Origin: the human T2T-CHM13v2.0 reference genome, Homo sapiens
Reading direction: 5' to 3' (one strand)
DNA: 64,000 bases
NCBI RefSeq assembly: GCF_009914755.1
Contig: NC_060937.1
The notes below the pieces were generated by a model, which did no database searches, was not told the origin of the DNA, and saw nothing but the letters and a program-made list of their open reading frames with translations. This document shows positions 30,939-45,797 of this stretch, one piece after another. The translations under genes and the position numbers were made by a program. Positions within the stretch are counted from its first letter, which is position 1. Each line of letters begins with the position of its first letter.

Positions 30939-32258
30939 TTATTCATTCTCTCGGTTTTGACGCAGGATTCTTTGACTGGTCCAGCACACTAAAAACAAGC
31001 TGATTAAACAGAGAAACATAATTCCAAAATTTACTACAGTGGAGCCCCCAACAGACTTAATCCAAGTCGTGGGGTTTGGTCCAGAAAGACTTTCTGCCAC
31101 CTGATCTAGTGCCTCAGTTCCAGGCACAATGGATAAATGAGCTTGAGAGGCTTCAAAAATTTGTTTCTTTAATTTAGTTATGTCCAAGGATAAATTATGT
31201 TCCCTACCCAGCAGGTGTCCTTTGACCATTTCCCATGAATGATCAGTCTTCTTGTAGGAATATGGTGTGATACAGAAATCAGAAGTATTCCAATCGCACT
31301 GCATTTGCATGCGATGTTTGAGACTTATTAGCTGATCTCCAAGCCAAATAACAGACTGTCTTAAATCATTAATTTGATTAGCTAATTTTTGATCAATGCC
31401 CTGTTGAGAATTCTACATTTGGGTGGAATTAGCTTGCCAATCATTAACAAAATCAGCCCTTTGAATAGGTTGGTGTAATGCCACGCCGGCGGTGGTGGCC
31501 AGTGCAGTGACTGTAATTAGGCCCATGATCACAGCGATTAAAGTGAAAACGAATCTCTTAGATCTTTTGAGAATTCGTTGTAACACTTCATTAATTAAAT
31601 GTACTGAGGGTGAAGATTCCCAAGGTCTGGGTAAAGTTACCAGTATCCAGATTCCTTCTCACTTCTCAAGCTCACACAACATTACACTTTTCCTGAAGTC
31701 AAAATGGGAGTTAACACAAGTGTATAAATGACAATTAATGCATTGGACAGTTTGATTGTTCATCCAAATTTTGATATTTCCCACTAACAGCATGTAAGAA
31801 GGCTTAACACAACTCTGTATAGGAATAGTCAGGTTGGAGGTAAACAAAGCGGAATGTTTCAATCTACATCGATACTGAGGGAGAGAAGCGGCAGTGGCAA
31901 CGCCTGATGTTCTCTACTGTAAAGAAGCAATCCGAGGTGCTCAGGAATGCCGAAGAGGTGGAGGCGCATACCTGGGTGAAGAAGAATTATCATAAGGCCA
32001 ATCAGAGTCCCATAAAGGAGGATCAGCATCTAAAAGAGGAGGAGAGTTCAAAGAGGATTTATCATGGGGTTCAGAATCACGGATGTGAGGGGCAGTAGTG
32101 GGGACAACAGACAGAAAATTTCCTCTTCCCATACTTGCAGGCCAACCATGGCAATAGCCAATTTCCAAAGTTCTGGGTGTTCTGGGCTCAGAATGGGGAA
32201 TATCATATGAGGCCTCATGGTGGGTAATGCCCTTGTGTTCTCATTTTAAGGGAAAGAA
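30939..32258 (-). pseudogene. HERV-K(HML-8) env remnant (SU C-terminal part and TM)
   Basis: Minus-strand translation gives [34 protein letters not shown] (furin site, fusion peptide), [26 protein letters not shown] and a TM anchor; in-frame TAG in STQM*NSQ plus frameshifts. Confidence 0.9.
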
Positions 32259-32343
32259 CTCAATATGCCTAGGCGAAGATCTTTTTGCAATGAATTTCTC
32301 GGGTGTTCTTTGTGCTTCTTATATTTGGATGTCTCGGTCTCTA

Positions 32344-33106
32344 TGAGAGACAGGACTAGCTGGATTTCCTAGGCTGACTAAGAATTCCTAAGCCTAGCTG
32401 GGGAAGGTGACTGCACCTACCTTTAAACACAGAGCTTGTAACTCAGCTCACACCAGACCAATCAGGTAGTAAAGAGGGCTCACGAAAATACCAATTAGGC
32501 TAAAAACAGGAGGTAAAAAATAATCAAATCATCTATCACCTGAGAGCACAGGGTGAGGGATAATGATCAGGATATAAACCTAGGCATTCGAGCAGGGAGT
32601 GGCAACCCCCTTTGGGTCCACTCCCATTGTATGGAAGCTCTGTTTTTCACTCTATTAAATCTTGCAACTGCACACTCTTCTGGTGAGCTGAGCTTTCGCT
32701 CGCCATGCACCACTGCTGTTTGCCGCCATCGCAGACCCGCTGCTGACTTCCACCCCTCCCTATCCAGCAGGGTGTCGGCTGCGCTCCTGATTCATCAAGG
32801 AGCCCATTACTGCTCCCGATTGGGCTAAAGGCTAGCCATTGTTCCTACAGGCTAAGTGCCTTTGTTCATTCTAATCGAGCTGAACACTAGTCACTGGGTT
32901 CCACAGTTCTCTTCCGTGACCCACGGCTTCTAATAGAGCTATAACACTCACCGCATGGCCCAAGGTTCTATTTTTTGGAATCTGTGAGGCCAAGAACCCC
33001 AGGTCAGAGAACAAAAGGCTTGCCGCCCTCTTGGGAGCGGCCCACTCCATCTTGGGAGCGGCCCTCCACTGTCTTGGGAGCTATAAGCACAAAGTCCCCC
33101 GTAACA
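32344..33106 (+). mobile_element. Complete solo LTR17 (HERV-W)
   Basis: tgagagacaggactagctggatttcctagg start, ccaatc box, gatataaac TATA, attaaa, ccccgtaaca end; perfect TSD tcta (32340-32343 / 33107-33110). Confidence 0.95.
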
Positions 33107-34554
33107 TCTAGGAAGGCTGGAGAGGTTTTCCTCCATTTTTCCCCCAAATATGTTTTTTAAGCTCATAGAATTCTCTTCTTCCTCAAGAATACCAATTATT
33201 TTTAGGTTTTGTCATTTAGCATAATCCCAGACTCTTGGAGGATTTGTTCATATTTTCTTATTCTTTTTTCTTTGTGTTTGTTGGATTGGGTTAATTCAAA
33301 GACCTTGTCTTCGAGGTCAGAATTTCTTCCACTTGTTCAATTCTATTGCTGAGAATTTCCAGAGCATTTTGCATTTCTAAAAGTGTGTCCAAAGTTTCCT
33401 GAATTTTTTATTGTTTTTTCTTTAAACTATCTATTTCCTTGCATATTTCTTCCTTCACTTCTTGTATCGTATTTTGGATTTCCTTGCACTAGGCTTCACC
33501 TTTCTCTGGTCCCTCCCTGATTAGCTTAATAACCAACGTCCTGAATTTTTTTTTTTCAGGTAAATCAGGGATTTCTTCTTGGTTTGGATCCATTGCTGGT
33601 GAACTAGTGTGATTTTTTGGGGGGTGTTGAAGAAACTTGCTTTTCATATTACCAGGGCTGGTTTTCTGGTTCCTTCTCATTTGGGTAGGCTCTGTCAGAG
33701 GGAAGGTCTAGGGCTGAAGGCTGTTCAGATCCTTTTTTTTCATGGGAAGTTCCTTTGATGTCATATTCTCCCCCTTTTCCTAATGGATTTAGCTTTTTGT
33801 GAGCCAAACTGCAGTGATTTTTTTCTCTCTTCTGGATCTAGCCACCCGGTGAGTCTATCCAGCTCCAGGCTGGTACTGGGGGTTGTCTGCATAGAGTTCT
33901 GTGATGTGAACTGTCTATGGATCTCTGCCATGGATACCAGTGCCTGTTCTGGTGGAGGTGGCAGAGGTGGCAATGGACTCTGTGAGGGTTCTTAGCTTTG
34001 ATGGTTTAATGTTCTATTTTTGCACTGGTTGACCTCTTGCCAGGAGGTGGTGCTTTCCAGAGAACATCAGCTGTGGTATCATGGGGAGGAATCAGCAGTG
34101 GGTGGGGACCTAGAACTCCCAAATTATATGTCCTTTGTCTTCTGCTACCAGGATGGGTAGGGAAGGACCGTCAGGTGGGGGCAGGGCTAGGCATTTTGAG
34201 CCCAGACTCTCCTTGGGTGGGTCTTGCTGTGGCTGTTGTGGGGAATGGGGGTAAGATTCCCAGTCACTGGAGTTGTGTACCTAGGAGCATTACGGCTGCC
34301 TTTGCTGAGTCACGAAGTTTGTCAGGGAAGTAGGGGAAAGCCAGCAGTCACAGGCCTCACCCACATCTCACACAAATCAAAGAGCCAGTGCCAGTCTCAC
34401 TCCTACAATGCCCCGGGCAACAGTCCCCAGACGGTTTCCAGGCAGACAGCAATAAGGGCTTGAAAACCTGCCCCAGGCTATGCGCCTCCCAGCTGTGAAA
34501 GAGAAAGCCTTGTGGAGTCTGCCCTCCCCCAAATTCTGGCCAGGAGGCTTCTCG

Positions 34555-34611
34555 CCTCTTTCTAATTTTCACCTCTTTCTAATTTTCACTCACCTCTTTC
34601 TAATTTTCACT
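34555..34611. repeat. Triple tandem of cctctttctaattttca
   Basis: Three near-identical units seen directly. Confidence 0.85.
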
Positions 34612-35143
34612 AAGTTTAGCTAGAGATTTCCTTCTCCCTGTGTAGTTTTACCCCTTGCTCCTTTCCCATTGGATCCCTGTGGTGCCAGGCAGAAATGGCC
34701 TGCTTGGGGACCCAACAAGCTCCCAGAGCCTTTCTGCTGCTTCTTCTACCTCTGTATTTTGCTCAGTTCTCCAAAGAGCTCCAGGTAAAGTCAGAAACTT
34801 CTCCTGCAAACAGATCTTCAGCTTCTCCAGTGGGGATGTGTGTCTAAGAGTGGAGGGTCTCTCTTTCCCACTTCTGTAGTTGGGGCACTGACAGTTTTGA
34901 CACATCTCCTGGGTCCTGCAGGAACAGTCTGCTTCCTTCAGAGGGTCTCTGGATCACATATTTAGCTACACAAAATAGATGGAGGTAAAAGAGTGAAACG
35001 TCTCGTAAGCAGAATCTCAATGCTTAAATAATGAATTATAAGTTTCTGAGGCTTAAATTTCAGAAATGGCTTACATAGAGGTTCTCATGTCATGAAGAAG
35101 AGATCACAGGGTGGATCTACACCCATCATGCTGATCAGATGAT

Positions 35144-35529
35144 TGAAAGATTCTGCCTGGGGCCTGAAAGCTAAAGGGAATGAATAACTCCCCCCCCTCA
35201 GGACCACTCCCAAGGCACAAGGTCACTTGTGCCAGCAGCATGCATCAGCAAGATAGCAGAAGCAGGAAGAGAGCAGGACAGAAGACACATACCCCCGAAG
35301 ATCGAGAGGGAGGCCATGCGGGTACTACATAGCAATCATATCAGACTGGAACACTTCCTGTTTACAGAGGACTGTGAAACCCCTGCCCTGTCCTCACTTG
35401 GGGCTGACGCCATTTTAGGCCTCAGCCTGCCTGCACCCAGGTGCTCATTAAAATAGCGTGTTGCTCCACACAGCCTTGTGTTGTTTGTTGGTGCGCTCTC
35501 GGGGTTCGAACTGATACAAGAGCCTTGCA
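35144..35529 (+). mobile_element. Solo ERV LTR, probably LTR3 (HERV-K3/HML-6)
   Basis: TG...CA, attaaa signal, perfect 5-bp TSD atgat (35139-35143 / 35530-35534); family name from recall. Confidence 0.75.
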
Positions 35530-35599
35530 ATGATCACACTTGTGGAGTGTTCATCCTTGTGGTGTAATTAGCACTGTATGCCAATGACTCCCTTTTTCC

Positions 35600-37345
35600 A
35601 CGTGTCCTTTCCACACTTCACTTCAGGAACCCTGCACTGTCTATTATCCTTTCTTACAACTATCTTTTCAATCCCCTTGACTCGACTTCTTCCATCCTAT
35701 AAGCAATTGAACCTGCTCCAGCCTTAACAATTTAACACACAAAAGAAACAAAGCCCAAAGCCTCCTTTCGTATCTATTTTCCCATCCAGTTATCATCCCT
35801 ACTATATCCAAACCTCTTGAAGGCATTGTCTGTATTTATTACCTTCATTTTCTCAAATCCTACTCAGTTTCAAACCTACTCTAGTCTGGCTTTTATCATC
35901 ACTATAGCACCCAAAGCCCTTCTTTAGAGGTCACCAGTGACATGCATGTCACTGACTCCAAGGCCATGTTCTCATTCTCCTCTTACTTGATCCATCTGGG
36001 GTACTGAGGCAGTTCACCATACCCTTATTACTGAAACACTCTATCCTTGCCTTTCATAACCTTACACTTTTCTGGTTTTCCTCCTCCTTTACACTTTGGC
36101 CACCTCATTCTTTTCCACCTGGCCTTAAATAAGTTGGGATTTCTCAAAGTTTTGTCTAAGGCCTTTTCTTTAATCCTTTTTCTCTAGTTAATTTCAACTA
36201 TCACCAAATCACCATGGCTTCAATCACTATCTATAAGTGTGCTTTTTCTGTTTACTCCAACTTTTCTCAGAGCTCCAGATCTGTAGAACCAACAACTGTC
36301 TCATTGCCGTCAGTGCTTGTTGATCTCATGGGCATCCTATGCTTCACATCTTGAAGACCAAGCTCATAATTTTCTTTCCACTCCTGGCTTTCCCCCAGTA
36401 TTTCTGAGCCCAGGGTATGTCTCATGCCAGAAAGTTGGAAATTATCGTGGATATCTTTCCTTCACTGGGATCAGTATTCTACCAATCACCAAGATTTCTA
36501 ATCTTTCTTCTAATTATGCCTGAAATTGACCTATTTCTCTTTATCTCCATGGCTATTCCCTCTCACATAGGCTACTTCAATATCCTCCATACCGGTCCCT
36601 TACATCTGCTCTTGTACTCTTTTAATTTATATACCTCACTGTGAATAAAATCATCTTTTAAAAATGAAAGTCTGTTCATGAAATTTCTCTGCTTAACCTA
36701 CTTTAATGGCTTCCCTTTTATCCCTAGATAAAATCCCAGATTATCATGGACCTCAAGGTTCTGTATGATATGATGTCTGTCTGCCTCATCAGTCTCATAT
36801 AGAGACATTTATTCCTCCATTTCTTCTACTTCTGCCTCATCAGCTTTCAGTTCCTTGAATATACTTCTTCCTGTCTTAGTGCCTTTGCCTACACTATTCC
36901 CTCTGCCGGGAATGATCTGTCCTTCAGTGACCAGCTAACTCCCAGTAATTCACATGTTGCTAATTGTTTATATATTACTTCTGCATTTCCTGATCCTCTA
37001 AAATAGTTGAGTTCCCCCTGTAAGATGATCTCTTAGCTCCACCATAGCACGTATTACAGCTGCAATTAATTGGTTGGTTGTTATTTGGATTCTCCACTCA
37101 AAAAATATGATTGAATGAGTGACTCTAAAGGGAGTCTAGTTCTGTATCTCTAGTTCTGTCTCTCCCCTTGGGCTTTTTTTCCCTTTCTGAATATGACCTC
37201 TGAATGTGCCCACTCTTAAATCCACAATTTCAGCCAACAGTCTCACCACCTACATCATCATCAAAATCAGAGACAAGGGAGTCACCCCAGAGTCCTCTTT
37301 TCACCTCATCTCCATAGCTTATGAATCTCCAAGTCTTGTTGGTTT
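35600..37345 (+). mobile_element. L2a remnants
   Basis: Pyrimidine-rich L2 motifs (ggtcaccagtgac, ctttaatggcttccc, cctttgcctacactattccctctgcc). Confidence 0.8.
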
Positions 37346-37364
37346 AGCTTACAAGGCAGTTATT

Positions 37365-38306
37365 GGTGACTTTTTTCCTTCAACTTTTATTTTAAGTTCC
37401 AGGGTACATGTGCAGGATGTGCAGGTTTGTGACATGGGTAAACATGTGCCATGGTTGTTTGCTGCACAGATAAACTCATCACCTTAAGCCCAGCATTCAT
37501 TAGCTATTTTTTGGGATGATCTCCCTCCCCCATCCATCCCCTGACAGGCCCCAGTGTGTGTTGTTCCTCCCCATGTGTCCATGTGTTCTCATTATTCAGC
37601 TCCCACTTATAAATGAGAACTTGCTGCATTTGGTTTTCTGTTCCTAGATTAGTTTGCTGAGGATAACAGCTTCCAGCTCCATCCATGTCCCTGCAAAGGA
37701 CGTAATCTTGTCCCTTTGTTTTATTTTAAGTTCCAGAATACATGTGCAGGACATGCAGGTTTGTTAACGTAGGTAAACGTGTGCCATGATGGCTTGCTGC
37801 ACCTATCAACCCATCACCTAGGTATTAAGCCCCAAATGCATCAGCTATTTATCCTGATGCCCTCCCTCCCCCACTCCTACAGGCTCCACTGTGTGTTGTT
37901 CCTCTCCCAGAGTGTCCATGTGTTCTCATTGTTCACCTCTCCCTTATAAGTGAGAACATGCGATGTTTGGTTTTCTGTTCCTGTATTAGATCGCTGGATC
38001 TTGTTCCTTTTTATGGCTGCATAGTATTCCATGGTATGTATTTACCACATTTTCTTTATCCAGTCTATCACTGATGGACATTTGGGTTGATTTTATGTCT
38101 TTGCTATAGTGCTGCAATGAATATTTATTTTTATAATAGAATGATTTATATTCCTTTGGGTATATACCCAGTAATGGGATTGCTGGGTCAAATGGTATTT
38201 CTGCCTCTAGATCTTTGAGGAATCGCCATACTGTCTTCCACCATGGTTGAACTAATTTACACTCCCACCAACAGTGTAAAAGTGTTCCTTTTTCTCTGCA
38301 ACCTCC
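37365..38306 (-). mobile_element. 5'-truncated older L1PA 3' end with a nested L1
   Basis: L1PA 3'UTR; TSD ttacaaggcagttatt (37349-37364) / ttacaaggcatttatt (38307-38322). Confidence 0.9.
37716..37996 (-). mobile_element. Nested 280-bp L1PA 3' end
   Basis: Second 3'UTR copy with different diagnostics; flanked by atcttgtcccttt / atcttgttccttt. Confidence 0.85.
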
Positions 38307-38392
38307 TTACAAGGCATTTATTATATGTGTGCTGCTGTCCACTATCTTCACAACAACCTTTGAGTCTTTACTTGTATTCATCGGTTCTTATA

Positions 38393-38427
38393 TGTTTGTT
38401 TGTTTGTTTGTTTGTTTGTTTGTTTTT
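38393..38427. repeat. (GTTT)n microsatellite
   Basis: Direct read. Confidence 0.9.
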
Positions 38428-39043
38428 CAATAACTATTTGTTTGAACTATTGACCTATCAAACCACTTATCCTTTTATAATTCTATTTTGAAACTGAATC
38501 AACAAAAACAGACACTGTTTGGGCAGCCTTTATTTCTAGCTCATAATCCAAGAATTTTCCTCAATGGAAAATTTTGATGCTATTTTGATGAAACTCGTTC
38601 CAAGATAATGAGTTCTTTTGGCGGTAAAAAACCAATGCTCTCCTTTATAATATAAATAGTTCTAGAATTAATATCCAGAGATAAGTTTCTAGTTTCTATT
38701 TAACTTTTCAATAATTTCCTGAATAGTATTTCATTTCCAAATAATTAAAAAATGAACAATAGAAACCCTGTGAGAGACCGAATATGCAAACAGACAGTGG
38801 CCAGACCACATATAAAACAGAACACTGACCCACTACCTCTACAACAACCAGCCTAGGAAGCCAAACCACAGCCTCTGCAGCAATCAGTTCCAAACAGTCA
38901 GCACTTGCTCGGTTACTGCCAGCTCCCCTAAATTTTACCCCTGTTTTCAACTCAAGCTCAACCAGAGAAAGCCAAATATGCTCCCCAAGCTAGTCATATA
39001 GGATGCTTTGTTTCTGGTTAGCTCACCTCCAGGTTCCTCATTC

Positions 39044-40224
<1,181 letters not shown>

Positions 40225-43200
40225 AGCCTTCCCTTTTTTTACTGTATAATTTTCCCATTCCCCCGCCTGCCCTCGGGTCTGTGCCAAATGCAAGCGATGG
40301 AGGCTGACTCTCCTGCTATGGCAAGCTCCCAATAAGTAATCACTGATTTTTCTTATTTGGGTAGTCTTTGTTTATTTCCAAACCTTTGTTTTTGTTTTCT
40401 TTAAGGCTCTTCAAGTTCACACCTGAATGACGCATTATTCTTAAATCTACCTGATCTACCTATGTGAATCTTATTTTAGTTATATATATATATAGAATTG
40501 TAGCTTCATAAAGAAAAGGGAGGATTTTACCTGAAACAATGCATTCTATTTAGAATCTGGATGGACCGGCTGAGGTCAGAAGGGCTGGTACCCTGAAAAT
40601 CTGGCCATTTCCTAGGAGATTTGTGAGGCCTAAAGTCCCTTGTGTAAATTTCCTCTGCTCTAGCCTTCTCTAATGAACTGAAGGGAACACCCATCCTCAG
40701 ATATGGCAAGTAAATAGTCCATTGTTTGCTCTAAATTTAAGAGTATCTTAAGAGCTTTTATAGGTACTCTTATCTCCTTAATATTTCTGAGATGGCTCCT
40801 AGGCTTCAAGGGTGGGAAATATAAACAGTGAGCATTGTGCTTCCAAAAGGGCTGAAGGAGGAGGAGTTAGGAAAAGGGTAAGCTTTATTGGGAGGGAAGA
40901 TTTTTCCAGGCTTAAGTGTAAGACAGAATGCTTTTTGACAGTAGAGACTTCCAGACTTAGAGCCATAGTATTGCTTTCTCATAAGTGAATTGAAAGAGAG
41001 TATTTAATTTCTGAATGGAAGCTACTGTATGATTACTAAAGGAATCCAATATATAAAGGTTCCAACAGATGGCAACTGTCTGTGTAACTGCAACCCAGAT
41101 ATTGATTATATTAGCAACATTTTAAATCTTTGCAAGACCTCCCACCTTCTGATAGGGTCTGATAGCATTAAGGCTGTTCAGATTGGCAGTGTTTCTTCAG
41201 GAAAGCAGGGCAGAGTAAGTGGTAAAAGCCAGCCTCAGAGGCTGGCAGCAACTGATGAGTCCTTGTTAAAATACTTTGTTTTTCCTTTATTCTCAAATTG
41301 GGTGTAAACTTTGTAATACATATTTGAACTTACAGGGAATGGTTTTTATTAAACCCTGTAAATATTCTGGGTTTTCTGTTGTTTTATTGTATGTCTTTGT
41401 CTTCCCATTTGACCCTAATATTAGCTTCTTTTTGTCACTACAGATTTTTTTAATGCTTCCTTAATCATTTGAGCTGAATAAATATCATCTTTCTTAGACT
41501 GTTAGCTATCAAACATGTCTATTTACATATTGAAACAAACACTGAGGTGTTCCTAATATATTTATGAAGACATGTTATTTTAACATTGGACCAAAATCTT
41601 CTAGAGTGTTAATATAGCCTCAGAGCTTTAGTTCTGCATTATTGTCAATTAAATTCAAGACAAAACCATTTACAGCCAATTGTAAGGAACATACTCTGGA
41701 AGGTGGGTGGGCCACAGAGATCACTGCCTAATATATATGCAAATGATTACAAAGTTGTGCAGAGTGGTCAATGATGTCAGAGATGTATGGATGAGCTGCT
41801 ATGGTGACCCAATGGATGGAGAAATTAATTCTGGTGAGACAACCTTAGGGACGGAGGGTTTACAAAAGAGGTAAAACTTAAGTTGGGCCTTAAGATATTG
41901 GTAAATTTTGAAAGTCAGTGATGCACTATTAAGGACATCCATATGATGGCAAGTGCAATGCTTTCAGGGAAAGGCACTGTATATCAGAAGGAAGAGTTTG
42001 AGCCAAAGCAGAGTGTTGGAAACATCCTGGGCAAGTTTGAATGAGAAACAGTTGCCCAGTTCTCTAGGCCACTTGAACCATAAGGACAGGGTAGTGAGTT
42101 AGGTTCTGATTGTAGCAGGAAATACCATGTTAAGATTTAACTTGAACATGTTAGACGTGAAGGAAAGTCAATGAGGACTTTCAGGCAGAAAAGAAACACA
42201 AAGATTTGTATTATAGAAATACTTTTTGTGTTTTAGAAAGATTATTTTATATTCAAACTAGATTCATTATGGATACACATAATAGCTTTTGATAGAGATG
42301 CAGTGATTTATGAGTAGTGATAATGATGTGGTCATGTGAAAGTGTGGCAAATGAGGACAAATGAAGATAACTTTAGGCTTTGGTGGTGGACTAATTTTAT
42401 TTAGTTTTTAGAACATATCACAAGATTATTTATCATAACTGTGCTTTTAAAAAGTAGAAGAATTTGAAATTAATCAGGATTTCTGCATAATCATATTTAA
42501 GAACAATAACGAAGTGCAACATCTCATATTTACCAGTACATTTTCTGAAGCATTTATAAATCTAGAGCATGCGAAATGGGCTTTCAGTGCTCAGATTTCC
42601 TATTTCTTGCATCTTTTCACATGCCTGAGAAACTGAGAGAAAGAGGGAGAAGTTTTCTCTTACCCAAGTAAAATGATGAGAAAAATGATGAGAAAAATTG
42701 GGCTACTAGTCAGTCTTATTTGAATAATTTTAAAATCAAATGTAAGGATGTGCTTTGAGTTGGGGTTGTGGGAATATTACAGGGGAAAAAAGCGATGAAA
42801 GGGAGTTCATCTAAATACCTAAGGTGTCAACAACCAAACATCAAGGTTCTCTGATTCACCAGGGAAGGTTGTGATGACCCCACTGGCAGTTCATCTAGGT
42901 TTTCTCTCTGGTCAAACTTAATTTTCTGTTTAAGTGAAAAGGGAGTCTTGGATTAAATGGATCTGTTCTCAGGTTCAGCGTCCTAAGGGAGTTATAATTA
43001 AAGGCCTCCGGCCTTTCACAGATTATTTCATTTAGGCTGCTGGGATGCCTTCTATTAGCAAGGTGGTTGGAGTGTCAAAACTTCAGAATGACATTTTCAA
43101 TGTCCCTGGCTTGAATAATCTGGAGACATTGATTCTGATGTTAGGCTCTCACAGCCCTGAAGACCTTCCTGTGCCTCTTTTCGTTGACTCCCTCTCACTC

Positions 43201-45372
43201 TTACATGTAACTAACTCCCAGTACAGTCAGCCACATGCCCCAAACATAGGCTAGCTACTTCGTGTATTCAAACTGCTAAACAGGGTTAACCTTCCTCGTT
43301 GTGCACATGGATGAGGATGCTTCCAGCTGATGCTTCTGTCAGTTACATCTACCTTTACTCTTTTCTTTGCCATTAAATAAGTTTACTAAATGTAGTGCAA
43401 TTATTATAGGAAAGCAACTTCGTTTTCACGTTTTTACAGTCCCAGTCTCAGTTGGTATAGTTATTAATGCCATATCTCTGTACCATCCACCCAATTTTGC
43501 TGTAACCCTAACACTACTCTAAAAAATAGTCTATTAAAAATTAACAAACATGATATCATTTTAAATCCTCTATGTAAACAGTTTTCTTTTTATGACTTCA
43601 ATGGAAATTGACCAGTAAACTATTATTTATGACTGTATATATAACCATATTACCATCTGTCCAGGGTTGTTCTGGGAACCAGATTTTATGAAGAGCATTT
43701 GTCTTGTGCAGTATTTCAGTACTTAAAAGACATATGGGCCTCCTTCAAAGACCTTTCATACCATTCAGCAATCAATAAAATTATTTTCCTCCTTGTTAAT
43801 GTATGGAACAGCAGACCAAGAAAGTAAATTTTGTTGTTGTTGTTTTCAAAATATGTAGTAAGAATTTCTTAAACTGCTTGGAAAATATTAACAAAATTTA
43901 ACTGTTGGCAAGAAAGTTTTACTGAAATAAGTCAAGTTCTGTTGTGTTTCTAATTATATTGTTGTTAATAATTATAAATATTTTTGAAGATATAAAGTGT
44001 TAGGTATAACTAAACTCTGATAATGAAAAAAACAGCATATTATTCATGTACCATATCTGGTGAAGAAAGTGGGGCTGATATATTAAAATGAAAGACACTG
44101 GATGATTTAGTGACTATAGAATTGATTTTGAATGAGGTGAAAGGTTTTGATAAAAATAAATACAACTTAAAAGAGGAGGATCATGTGTTCTTGGTTTTGT
44201 ATTTTTATTGCCTACACAAGAAAAACTCAAATAATTAGTGTTCTATTACTTATATTGATTAAAATGTACAGACCTTAACAAATTTGATTTCACCTTGTGA
44301 TCAAAAGACTACAAAAGATGTTGAAAGATGTTGAAAGATGTTCATCGGCTTTCTAACTTCAGTGTGTAGTTTAATCAGAAAGCGACATTGTATCTCAAAA
44401 TCAAAAAGAAGAATTAGATGAAATATTCATTACTTCATATAAAGGGCTATTATGCTATAAAGAGATTCCATACTGTAAGATATCATAGAAGTTAGAAACT
44501 GAAAAGACACATTAGGTCATCTGGTTGGTCTCTGTACTGAGAACAGCATTGTTTTGCACAATCTACTCTTCAGTGTTTTGTAATGTCAAAATATTCTAAA
44601 ACACTAAGTTGAAGCAAAAATATCTTGTAACCCTGGAGTTGTGAAGTAAATCAAAGTGATGGGAGACTAGATTACTATTCAAAGCACCATCTATGCTCCA
44701 GAAGTCTACTAATGCATGAAGAAGTCACTGAGAAAAGCAGTTTTTAAAAGAATAAGGAATAGAAAACACTGACACAGCAGAGAACTGGAGAGGGCAATTC
44801 CTAAATGACCTGGAGTCCAGAGAAACTCAGATGTACATACTTAAGATGTAGAAGACATCACTTAGGAGTAAACACTGTACTTTCTTAGAGGTGATCAAAA
44901 GGAAGGAGTTGACATTGAAATGGGAAATGACTTTCTGTAGCTAGTATATGTGTGGGAGGAACAAGAGGAGCAAAGACATCAGAAGGCCAAGGAGAAACAG
45001 CCAGGCCAAGCCATGTCCTTTCTGTCATGTCAGCTTCTGACAAGACACACCCTTAATGAAGCTCTACTGTGGGGATTAGAAAACTCTCAGCCTCCCAGTC
45101 AACCCAGTTTAGACATAGATATGCTGAACTATTCCTCACACACCGTGGGTAACCCCCTTTTCCCTAATTTTTCAATTTTAATGAAAAAAATAAAAAATAA
45201 AAAAAAACTTATTTGGGACTCACCTATATCTTATAATCAATCTTTACAGTAAGTTTATGAGGCATATTCATCCCATTTAACATGAGATAAAATTAGAGCT
45301 TCCAGACATGGAGCAACTTGGTCAGGGTAGACAGTTACTGGTCTATCTAATTCCAAAATTATCCTGCATCGC

Positions 45373-45797
45373 TGTATTAGTCTATTCTTGCATTGCTGTA
45401 AAGAAATACCTGAGACTGGGTAATTTGTCAAAAAAGAGGTTTTATTAGTTCATAGTTCCACAGGCTGTACAGGAAGCATGATGCTGGTCATCTGCTTGGC
45501 TTTTGAGAAGGCCTCAGGAAACTTACAATCATGGCAGAAGGTGAAGGGGAAACAGGCTCATCTTAAATGGCCAGAGCAGGAGCAAGAGAGAGAGATGAGG
45601 GAGCTGCACACTACACACTTTTAAACAACCAGAGCTCACTATAACTCACTCACACACTATCACCGAGGGGATCGTGCTAAGCCATTCATGAAGGACTACC
45701 CCAGTGATCCAATCACCTCCTACCGGGTCCCACCTCCAATACTGGAGAGTACAATTCAACATGAGATTTGGTGGGGACACACAGTCAAACCACATCA
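45373..45797 (-). mobile_element. MST (MaLR) solo LTR
   Basis: tgtattagtctattcttgcattgctgtaaagaaatacctgagactggg; TSD atcgc/atcac. Confidence 0.92.

Larger units (their letters stand above)
32260..34955 (-). mobile_element. 5' part (5'UTR and ORF1 N-terminus) of an older primate L1 (L1PB-like), split by LTR17
   Basis: ORF 33489-33680 MRRNQKTSPGNM...MDPNQEEIPDLPEK is an L1 ORF1 start; GC-richer 5'UTR extends to about 34955. Confidence 0.85.

Noticed and set aside
30939-31310. 123-aa env TM ORF as a possible domesticated envelope
   Set aside because: Upstream in-frame TAG, frameshifts in SU, and the signal peptide region is missing.
43700-44450. AT-rich stretch that might be an ancient DNA transposon (also 1-520 and 950-1750)
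   Set aside because: No terminal inverted repeats or transposase motif I could recognise; needs an HMM search.
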